Source of the DNA: Rebecca billardiae RCC1528
Taxonomy: Eukaryota; Protista; Haptophyta
Assembly: GCA_965240325.2 (NCBI GenBank)
Contig: OZ251225.1
Location: forward strand, 2,852,001-2,916,000
Direction: 5' to 3'
Length of the DNA: 64,000 nucleotides
Positions 11,428 to 21,873 of the stretch are shown here, one piece after another. Within the stretch, counting starts at the first letter, position 1. Each line of letters begins with the position of its first letter. Below the pieces are notes generated by a model. It saw nothing but the letters and a program-made list of their open reading frames with translations, was not told the origin of the DNA and made no database searches. Position numbers and translations under genes: made by a program.

Positions 11428-14400
11428 TCACGGGGGCACTTCCAGGTCGTGGAGTGATCCCCACGTGCGGCCCACCTTGAGCTTGACGCGCAGGAGGCCC
11501 GGCTCCATCCGGACCTTGCCGCCGACGCCCTCCATGCGCTCCTTGATGGCGCGCGCGCATCGCTCGACCGCGTCCTCGGCGACCTCGAAGATGAGCTCGT
11601 CGTGCAGCTGCGCGCGCATGCGGCAGCGCGCGCCGAGGCGCTGCTCGAGGCCATCCGCCTCCACCATCGCCAGCTTCACCAGGTCCGCCACCGACCCCTG
11701 GCACACGGTGTTGAACACTTTGTTCAGGTTCGCGTCCGGCGCGCCGCGCGCGTCCGCGCGCGAGACCGCGCGCGCCGTGCGGAGGCCGATGTACCGCCGA
11801 CGGCCAGCGATGGTCTCGACGTAGCTGTCGCGGCGGCAGCGCCGTCGCAGCGCGTTGATCACCGCCTCCACCGCGGGGAACCGCCGGAAGAACGCGTCCA
11901 CGTCGTGAGAGTTGCCGCCGCCGTACAGCACGGCATAGACGGTGCGCTTGGCGCGCGCGCGCTCGGCGTCCGACACGCCGTGCGCCTCGCACGTCGGCGC
12001 GGGGGGCGGCGCGCTGCCCGCGCCGGCGTGCGCGCCGCGCGCCTCGGCCGGCTCCGCGCGCAGATACACCGCGATCAGCCTGAACGCGTCCACGTCCGTG
12101 CGTGCGAGCAGCGCGCCGAGCCGAGCGTCGGACGCGAGTGCCGGGCCGACGAGATTTGAATCTCGCGCGAGGTGGGCGACGACGCTGAGCTCGGCGTGCG
12201 CGTAGTCGGCGGCGATGAGCACGCACGACGGGCGCGCGTGGAAGCAGTCGCGCAGCTGCAGCACGCTGCTCGTCGCCGGCTCGATCACGATCGCGCTCGG
12301 CGGCGGGTGCGTGCACGCGAGCCGCGCGCGCGCGCCCTGCTCCACCTCCGCTGCGGCCGCTGGCTGCGGTGCGCCGACGGCGGCGGCGTGGCGGTCGGCG
12401 CCAGCCGCCGCGCCTGCCGCGTGGGGCGGCTCGCCCTCGGCGCCCTCTGCGCCCTCGCTCCCGTCGAGGCAGAGGTACAGCTGCACGCAGTGCACGAGGG
12501 CCGCCGCGACGTGCTCCGCGCCGGCCGCGCCGGCGGCCATGCTGCCGCTGCCGCCGCCGCCGCTGCCACCGGCTGGATCGCTATCCGGCTCGCTGCACGC
12601 GCCGGCGGCGGCGGGGCCGTCCGCTGCGCGGGCAGCGGCGCGCCGCGAGACGAGCACGGTGCCGCTCTCCAGCAGCGAGCGCCGGTTCGCCTCGTCCATC
12701 TCGAGACTGCCCAGCCACGCGCCGGGCGGCAGTCCGCACGCCGCCGCGCCCGTGTCGACGGCCGCGCCCAGGGTACCTGCGGCTGCGCCGACCGCGTCCG
12801 CGGCGCCGAGCCCTTCGGCTGAGCCGTCGTCCGCTCGCACGAGCACGTCGTGCTTCGAGCCCAGCGCGAGCACGGGCGCGCCCCGGCCCATGTGCCCCAC
12901 CACCTCCTGCAGCGAGTAGCGCGACGCCGCTCGGCAGGCGCCCCGTAGCGTGCACGGCTTGGGCATGCCCTGGAGGTTGAGCTGCGAGTAATAGGCGCGG
13001 CCTGTCTCAGACGGCCTGTGGCGCAGCAGCGGGTACGCCACGGCGAGGGGCGGCGGCGCGGCGGCGGCGGGGTGCGAGGGGCCCGGGGCGGGGGTCTCGT
13101 GCGCGCACGGCGGCTCGAGCCGCCACTCCCGCTGCCGGACCAGTCCGTGCAGCGCCGCCTGCACGTACTCCAGCCGCCGGTGCTCGATCACTATGGCCGC
13201 GAGCACGTGGCCGCGCGCCGCGAGCGAGCGGAGCCGCTCCTTGCCCGCCTCGCCGATCACCGGCTGGTCGAAGCAGCGCTGCACGCTCTCCGCCGAGCTC
13301 AGCTTGAGCGCGCGGCCCGCCTGGCGCTGCGCCTCGGCGTGCAGCGCCTCCTGCCGCCGCTCGACCAGCGGGAGCAGCCGGTAGCATGGCTGGCACGCGA
13401 AACGCGGCGAGGCGCGGCGCGGGCGCCGCGCGCGCGCGGGCGGGCGCGCGCGATGAGGCGGGCTGCGCGGTGGCTGCGCGTGCGCGGCGCGGGGTCGCCC
13501 CCTCTCGCGCGCACGGGGAGCTGCAGGCGCGTCCGGCGCGGGCGCGCGCGCACCGACGCGTCGAAGCAGAAGCCCTCCGCCTCCATCCGGGCGTACACCG
13601 CGGCGAGCGGCGCCTCAATGCTGTGAAGGGCAAATGGCAGCGGCTGCGAGGGCGGCGCGCCGCCGCTGCCGCCGAGGCTGCCGAGGCTGAGAGACGACCG
13701 GGGCGGCTCGGCCGCGCCGGGGGCGGCGGCGTTGTACATGTCGACGAGCTTCTCGCGCAGCGCCGCCGACACCAGCTCGCACAGCACCGCCTGCAGGCCC
13801 GCGCGCTCAGCCACACTCACCGCGCCGTCCGCGCGCACGGCGCGAGAGGCCTCCGGGGAGTACTTGTCGGCGAGCGCCCGGAGCGTGCGCGCGTCCGACG
13901 TGTCACCGAGCATCCACGCGCCGACGCGCGGGTCGAAGAGGCGGCGCGCGGCGGCGGAGTCCGCGGCAGGGAGCAGCGAGACCGCGTGCACCGTGCGCCC
14001 CACCCCGTCCAGGTGGCGGAGCTGTGTCTTCAGGTCGAACGCCCGCACGCCGCCCGGCGCGCCGCCGCGCAGTGCGCACGCGAGCAGCTGCCACGCAGCG
14101 CGCACGGCCGCGGCCGCGCCGTCGGCGCGCGCGGCCGGGGACGTCGGCGGCGCCGAGTCCGCCGACGCGCCGCCGTCGCCACCGTCGAGCGGCAGGTAGT
14201 ACGCGCCGCCGCCCTCCCACGCGATCGCCACGCCGCGCACCGCGCGGCGGCGGTCGCACACGGCACTGACGCGCGGCGGCTGCCGCACGGCGCGCGCGTC
14301 GACGCACAGCGACCAACTCTCGCGTGCGCGCAGCAGCTGGCCGAACGCGTCGAGCGGGAGCGTGCGCTCCGGCTGGTGCGCGCCCGCGGCGGGCGGCACG

Positions 14401-15347
14401 CCGGGCAGCACGACGTACGTCAGCGCGTGTGCGCCGGGCCCGGCGGCCGGCCCCTCCGACGCCGGGGGCGCCGAGCCGGGCTCCGCACCCGGCCCACCTG
14501 CCGGCGCTGTCAGATGCTGCCGGCATCTTTTGGTCGCGGGCGGCGCGGCGGCAACGCTCACGCATGGGTCGTCGACCCACTGGCCGCACGCCGGGTGCTC
14601 CTCGGCTTGCGCGAGAGGGATCAGCTTGCGCTTCGGCGCCGCCAGCTTGCGCTTGAGCGCGGCGTCATGCTCGCGGGGTGGCGTCGGCGGCGCCCGCGCC
14701 GCGCCCGCCGCGCCGCCGCCACCGCCGCCCTCCACGTCCTCCGCGCCCTCCCGAAGGACGGCGGCTGCGCCGTGCACGAGCTGGCTGGTGAGCAGAAAGG
14801 CAGCCTTGAGCGAGTACGCGCGCATGGTGCGCACGTGCGTGCGCGCGCCCACCGTGCCCAGCGAGCGCGTGCTCGCCCGCTTGAGCGCGCGCGCCACGCC
14901 CGCCTCGTCGCGCGCGACCGCCTCCACGGTCCGCAGGCCGGCGCGGTGCAGCAGCTGCGCCTGCAGGCGGGTGATCGCCGGGATCCTGAGCAGGTCGGCG
15001 AGCTCGGCGTCGGAGGTGCCGAGCGAGCCGAGCCGGCGCTGCACCGCGCACGCGGCGTGGTGCAGCAGCGGCTCTGCCAGCCGCTCAAGCACGGCGCACA
15101 CGCGCTGCACGTGCAGCAGCGCCGCGTCCCGAAGCGCGAGCGCGAGCGAGGCCGGCAGCTGCGAGTGTGCCACCCAGCTCGCTCGCAGGATCGGGTCATC
15201 GTCCAGAAGCGCCGCCGCCGCGCGCCCGCCCTCGACCATCCAGTTGAGCGCGAGTGCCTCGAACAGGCACGCGGCCTGCCGCATCCCCGCCGTGCGCAGC
15301 GCGTCGCGGTTGCCCTCGCGCACCGCGGGCGGCGCGCCGCTAGCCGA

Positions 15348-15385
<38 letters not shown>

Positions 15386-18305
15386 GCGGCCAGTTGTGCT
15401 GAGCAATGGCTTCCAGCCTCGACGGGTCGACGCCGAGTGCGGTGCAGAGGGCCTCGAGCTGCGCGTGGCGGCCGAGGACGCGGCCTGCGAGCCATGCGCA
15501 GTTCGGCTCGAGCTTGCACGGCGCGCCGAACGCGTACAGCGCGGGCACCAGCGTCGCGAGCGGCAGCCCTTGCCGCGCGGTCGCGCCGCCGATGTGCTCG
15601 AGCACGGCCTGGGCTTCGCTCAGCTCGCCGCCGAAAGTGGCGTACGCGTTGCCAAGCGCGGTCACGTGCAGCGTGGGCGGCGCGTCGGCGTCGGCGGCGG
15701 GGTGCCTGCGCAGGAGCTCTCGGTGCACGAGCTGCTCCACCGCCTCCGCCGTCCGCGACCCCATCTCCGACGCGCTGTGCCGCTTCGCCATGAGCACGCC
15801 GCAGAGCGTGTCCGCGCAGACGAAGGTCAGCGCGTCGTCGACGGAGCGCGGTCGGCCGCAGAAGGCGAACGCGTCGAGGATGGCGCGCTGCAGCGGGCGC
15901 GAGAGGCTGCGCTCGACGAGCGCCGACGTGAGCTCGTCCGCCTCCTGCGCGTGCAGCCGCTGCGCGAGATTCAGCTCCGCCTCGTCGCGCAGGAGCAGGA
16001 AAGCGCACGGCTGCGCGCGCGAGCCGGCAGCGCCAGCCGCGCCCGCAGCGCGCGCGCCCGCTTGTTCGCCCGAGCCGTCTGTGCCGCCGGTGCTGCTGCT
16101 GCCGCGCGCGCGGCCGTCGTCCTGCGCTGCGGCGGGCGGCGGCGGCGGCGGCGGCCCGCGCCCGGCGCGGCCGAGCATCTGCCGGTAGCTCGTCGCGCCG
16201 AGCTTGCCCCCGCCCAGCTTGAGCTCGTCGAAGATGACTCGCTCCACGGGCAGGTTCACGCCCGTCGCGAGCGTTGACGTCGCCGTGAGCACGTCCACAT
16301 GTCCGGCTTCGAAGAGCTGCTCGACGAGCTCGCGCTCGGCGGCGTCGAGCTCGGCGTGGTGGAAGCTGACGCCGTTCATCAGCTCGCGCTCGACCACCTC
16401 GTCCGTCAGCGTGGGCAGCGAGCTCGCGCGGTGCGCCGCCTTCACGGCCGAGACGAGGCAACGCACCGCGTGCGCGCGCTCAGTGTGTCTCAGCGCGCGC
16501 GCGTCGTCCTCGCAGAGCGTGGCCGCGAGCGCGCGCGAGAGCTCGTTGCACCGCGCCTTCGTCGCGCAGAAGATGATCACCTGCCCAGGCGCGGCGCGGC
16601 TCGTGCACTCGAGGCACAGGCTCGCGATCAGCGCGAGCCGCGGGTCATCCCGCAGCCGCGGCTCAGTGCGGCCAATCGCGGCGCGCACTCCGTCTGGCAG
16701 CGCGCGCGGCGCGTAGGGCTGCAGCCGACGCTCGGCGGGCACGCCGTCGGCGGCGTCGGCGGCAGGGAGCTTCTGCCGCAGCGTGCTCGCGAGCTTGGCC
16801 GCGCCGACGGCGAACGCCGCGACGGGCTGCGGCCGGAAGCCGCTGCGGTACACGAGGGCGCCGCCGAGCCACTCCGCGACCAGCGCGTGATTGGGCACGG
16901 TCGCGGACATGGCCATCAGCTGGACGACCGCGTCGGGCGGCGCGCCGCTCTGCAGCGCGAGCCGGCGCAGCTGGAGCACCTTGGCGATGAGCAGCTCGAG
17001 GGTGGCCCCGCGCTGCGCGTCGCGTACGACGTGCAGCTCGTCGACGAGCACCATCCTCAGCGCGGGCAGCCGGCCCTCGTCGCGCAGCGAGCGCAGCACC
17101 GGCACAGCGCGCTCGATCGTGCACACGGCGATCGAGACGCGCGGCCGCAGCGGCAGCTGGCCCTCGGACGAGTAGAAGCCCTCGACCACGTGCGCGCTGC
17201 CGCTGGTGAGTCTGCGCAGCCGGTGCACATACTCGCGCGCGTTCGCGACGAACGGGAGCACGATCACGCACACGCGCTCGGCGTGGCCGTCGCCGCGTGG
17301 CGTGGGCTGCCACGGCTGTGCGTGCAGCGGCGGCTGCTGCTGCTGCGGCGGCTGCGGCGGCGGCTGCTGCTGCTGCGGTTGCTGGTGCGGTTGCTGCTGC
17401 TGGTGCGGTTGCTGCTGCTGGTGCGGTTGCTGCTGCTGCTGCTGCGGCGGCTGCGGCTGCTGCTGCTGCTGCGGCGTCTGCTGCTGCTGCGGTTGGTGCT
17501 GCTGCTGCTGCGTCTGCGTCTGCTGCTGCTGCTGCGTCTGCTGCTGCTGCTGCGTCTGCTGCTGCTGCTGCGTCTGCTGCTGCTGCTGCGTCTGCTGCTG
17601 CGCCGGGGACGGTTGCTGCGGCCCGTGTGACGATGGAGCGCCCGGCTGCGACGGCGCCGCCACCGGCGCTGGAGGAGACGCGAGGCGGCGGAACATGAGG
17701 ATCTCAGCCACTAGCGTCTTCCCGCCGCTCGTGCTCACGAGCAGCAGAACGTTCCTGCCGGGCGCGCCAGCGATGAGCGCACTCGCCTCTGCCTGCCACG
17801 GGTACAGCTGCGAGATGCCGCCTTCGGCGTACCGGCGCACGAGGGCGGCGTCGGGGAGGAACGCGCCCAGATGAAGCTCGCGTGCCGTCCGCCCGTCGCT
17901 CGGGGCCTCAGCGCTCGCATGCTGCGCGCTCGCCGACTGCCGCGGCGAGGCGGCGGTGGAGCCTGGGCGTGGAGCCGCCGATCTCGCTGGGCTCGCGCCC
18001 GGCCCCGTGGGCGGCCGAGCGGGCGAAGGGCCGGGAGCCGATGGAGGCGCGTCAGTGTGTGGCACAGCGGCATGGGCGGTACTGTGCTGCGACCCATGCG
18101 TGGCTGTGCCCAGGCTCGCACCGCAAGCTCCGATCGCAGCTCGCGTGTGCGAGTGCTGCGCTGCAGCCGCGTGCGACCTCGGTTGGTGCGGCAACCTGTT
18201 CTGGCGAACCGGGAGAAGAGTCAGCTTGGGAGGCTCTTGACGCGGCGACGCCGCGGCCTTGCCCAGGCGCCCCTTGTCCGCGCTCGGGGCGCCACGCCGA
18301 TGCAT
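11428..18305 (-). CDS. POLQ: DNA polymerase theta (Ski2/HELQ-like helicase + family A polymerase). Exons 18305-13554 and 13389-11428
   Basis: Helicase motifs: LYPWQ, STSGGKT, VDELH, MSAT, FHHAEL, ATSTLATGVNLP, YRQMLGRAGR, and an HhH motif (LLRIPAITRLQAQLLHRAG). Polymerase motifs: FDLK exonuclease-like remnant, ETGR...NLQGMPK, ADY..EL, RARAK..Y.VLYG, VETIAGRRRY, QGSVADLVK, HDELIFEV. Intron GTGCGC...GCCAG at 13553-13390 joins the two ORFs in frame. Confidence 0.9.
17333..17600 (-). repeat. Interrupted (CAG)n tract encoding polyglutamine inside the POLQ helicase
   Basis: The + strand shows (CTG)n with periodic CGT/CGG/TGG interruptions; it translates as QQQQQT / QQQQPH arrays. Confidence 0.95.
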
Positions 18306-18597
18306 GTCCTGCCTGCTGCTACCCCCGCCACCCTCAACGCCAACGTCCTGTCCGCCTTGCTGGCTGACGCGGGCGGATGCCGAGTTGCCGACGAGATCAA
18401 ACGCGATTTTATTTGATTTTGGGAGATTCTTGCATTTCCGTGTGTGTGATTTTCGAGCAGATGATTTCCCCCGTCCGTGCGCCGGTTCTGCGACGGGGCC
18501 GGCTGCAGCGCCCGGCTACGCGCCTATTCAGACAGTCTGGCCGCGACTCTGATACAGGTGTCAGCTAGCTGACGATGACTACGTGTCCCCCCTCTAA

Positions 18598-21422
18598 TCA
18601 CGTCACGTCAGTCGACGATCGTTCGGGAGGGATTCCGCGGTCGTCAAGCTTGCTCTGCAGAGTTTGCTTGAGCAGCCGGCCCTCCTCGGTCTGCAGCACA
18701 GCGTTCTTGCTCGCGTTGAGGTCTTTGAACGCGTCGCGCACATCGCCGGCCTGAGGTAGCCGCATCGCCGAGGTGAGCGCCGTCAGAACCGCATGCCGGG
18801 CTGGGTCGGGCGGCGTGATCGAGGCGAACTCGTCCTCGAGCAGCAGCTTCTCCTTCTTCTCGTTGAAGTGCGCAAGCATCCGGTGTGCCTCCACCTGCAG
18901 GTGGTGCACCTTCACGTCGATGGCGTGAAGGTACGCGAGCGCCGTGCCGGGATGGCAGCCCTGCTCCGCGATCTCCGGGTCAAGCTCGCAGTCGATCTCG
19001 CTCACGACGCGCGTCAAGACGGGCGAGAGTGCGCTGATCGCATCGTGGATCTCCTGCACGGGGTCGAGAGGCTGGATGGAAAATGTCTCGCCAAAGTCGG
19101 TGGCGTCGTACTCTGCCTGCTGCTCCCTCATCTCGTCGAGCTGTGTCGCGGTCTGCTTCAGCCCGCGCACATCACGCTCGAGCTCCATGATGACCTGCTC
19201 GTTGTGGTTGAGCGCGTTCATCAGCGACGCGCTGTGCTCGTTGCGCTTCGAGAAGAACTCGAGGATCTGCTTCACGCTCTCCTGCAGCGCCGCGCGCCGC
19301 GGGGAACGCGAGTGACGGCACGGGAGCGAAGGTGCGGTGAACAACGCTGGTTGGGCCCGAGAAGCGCGTGCACACTGGCTCGCTCTGCACGCACCGGGGA
19401 CAGGTCGTTGCCGGCATCGACATGCGTCAAGATCTGCTTAAAATGCTCCTCGAGGAAGCGATGCGTGTCGCGGAGGTACCCGAAGCGCGACTCGCGCTTG
19501 TTGCTGGCGTCGCGAGTCTCCTGCAGGGGCCAGGGCACCCGCGCAGTTGGTGAGGGAGGTGCGCGCGCGGCTCTCGCGCGGCCGATGGCGCGCCGCACGC
19601 GCGTTCGTGTGCTGCGCAGCCGTGCGCGTAGCGCACCCGCAGGCGTCTGTAGCGCGCGAGGTTCGCATCCTGCGTGTTGCTTTCGAACGTGTCGGCGTTG
19701 TCATGCAGCTTCACGTCGAGCACCTGCGCCTGCTCCAGCACCTCGCGGATCTTGCTGCTGTACCATCGCTTTTCAATCCCGTATTCGTGCCGCAGCCGTT
19801 CCAGGCGCGACGACCACTTGGAGCTCTCGTCGAGCGTCGTGTGGGCGTAAGCGGCGAAGTGCTGCGCAAAGCGTTCGACGCGGCGGTTGGGCGCGTGGGG
19901 AGGAGCGCAGCGCGTGGCCGGAGCGCATGACTTGCGAGAGCTAGCGCGAGCAGCACGGCGCGGGCTGGGTGTGGCCGTGTGGCGCGCGCACCCGAATGTC
20001 AGCCGTCATGGCGTCGCTGCGCGTTTTCGCGACGTGGAGCTGTCGGCTGAGCGTGACGCGCTGCTTTCGGAGGCCGTTGATGATGTCCTTGAGCGACGAG
20101 TTCACAATGTGCGCCTCGCTCACGCGCGTCTCGTACGTCCCCACCTTCTGCGAGAGTTTTTGCAAGGTGATCTCCTCCTCCTGCGCCTTGCGGATCCGAC
20201 GCATCTCATCATCGCCGTGCAAGCCAGCTGCCTTTTCGAGCTCGCCGATCTCCACGCGCAGCACCTGCTCGCGCTCCTCCTGCATCTGCCGCTCGAGCTC
20301 CAAATTGTTCATCGCGTTCTTGTAGTAGTACAAGCGCCGCTCCTGCGCCTTGGCCGTCTGCTTCATGTGCTCGACCTCGTGCGCGGTCACGTTGCCGCCC
20401 TCGGAGGGCGCCGACGATGCGCGCGAGTTGCCAATGTCGGGCAGCGTGATGCCGGCGCGGCTGCGCATCTGGCTGCCCGACGTGCGCCGCGTCTGCTGCT
20501 GCTGCTTCTGGATGCGATTTACGCTCAGATGCGCCTGCACCTGGTCGATCAGCCCGAGCTTCCAGTCGGGGATGTCCTCTTTGGGGTGCACCGTCTTGAG
20601 CAGCTCGCGGAAGAACTCGCGCTTGGACGCCTCCTCGTTCAGCCCCCTCCTCGTGCCCTCGCCGATGCGCCTGCGCTCGGATGAGTCGCGCTCGCGATCA
20701 GCCGAGCGCTCCGCGCCGAGTCGCCGGGCGGGCTGCGTCTCCTGGGCTGCGCTGCCAGCTGGCTCACTCGGCACCACAGAAGCGTGCATCGTCACGACAG
20801 ACGATGCCCACGGCTGCGCCGCACGCGCCGCCGACTGCTCGGGCTGCGCCGGCTGCGGCGTGCGATGCGCGTCGGGCGACTTGGCCGCTCGCTCGTTGGT
20901 CTCCCGCCGCTCGCTGAGCGTGGGGCGCACGTTCATGTGCGCGAGCTGATCGTGTGCGCTGACGAGCTCTGTCCTCCGCCGGATCGGCCCGACCGGCCCG
21001 ACGGTCGCCACTAAGCTGTCTGCCTGCGCGACAACGTCCTCGAGCACATCGTCGTCCGCCAGCAGCCCGACCCCCATCTCTGTGCGGATCTGCAGCTCCA
21101 GCACCTGCCGCCCGTTGTACCGGTGAGCAATGCGCGCTTGCAGCTCGGCCGCGAGCTCGCGCACGCTCTTGCGGCTGTCGAAGGGCACGACGAAGAAGTC
21201 GCTCTCGACTTGGATGACGAAGCGCGTGCGACGCACCAGATCAACCTCCTCCTGCACCGGGGCTGCCGCCGTGGCAGCCGCCGCGGCGGCGGCAGCGGCT
21301 GCCCGCCGCGACCTCAACCGCGGCATGGGTCGATGTTGTGGAGCGCCCCCTGCTCGCCGCCCGCCGCCTGCAGAAGCCAGCAGAAACGTTCGACCTTGTC
21401 CCTTTGATCGTGGTCCGGTCAT
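18598..21422 (-). CDS. Coiled-coil protein resembling the outer dynein arm docking complex DC2/ODAD1 family, with an N-terminal Par3/HAL-N-like ubiquitin-fold domain. Introns 19991-19862, 19636-19521, 19394-19282
   Basis: Three GTGCGY...GCAG introns give one continuous frame. NSSLKDIINGLRKQR resembles the DC2 consensus N..LR..I..LRxER, and FFSKRNEHSASLMNALN resembles F...E..NF.LFNYVN. Start is uncertain (alternative ATG at 21326). Confidence 0.6.
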
Positions 21423-21873
21423 TGTCCTTGCTGTTGAGCAGAGTCCGGATGATGGCGCCCTTGCCCCTGCTGCCTCACTGCCTACAGTTTACTATGTTTT
21501 AACGTGCACACTTGGTTAAGGCGTGATTGACGCCATCCAACACTGCACAAAGACACCGCCACAAAACAGACCACACAGTACCGAACGAGTGCTCTGCTCT
21601 TGTGATCAGACGATGATTCTACTGTCGTCTTAATTAATCTAATTGATCGATCTGCTGTCTCCGTTATTCTAGATTCTAGCCAGTCTTACTGAACGAATAC
21701 TGTCTGAATACTGTCATACACGACCTACAGGGCTTAGCTACGTACGACATCTCGGAGAGACTGAGACAGACTGTCTTCTGCCAGACTGATGAGTCGTCGT
21801 CTGTGTCATCCTCGGCGACAGACTCACCGGCAGAACTTGGCTGCCGCCAAGAGCCACTGCCAGCCAAACTTGG

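Noticed and set aside
17206-17874. Cys-rich, metallothionein-looking ORF on +
   Set aside because: It is the antisense reading of the POLQ polyQ tract.
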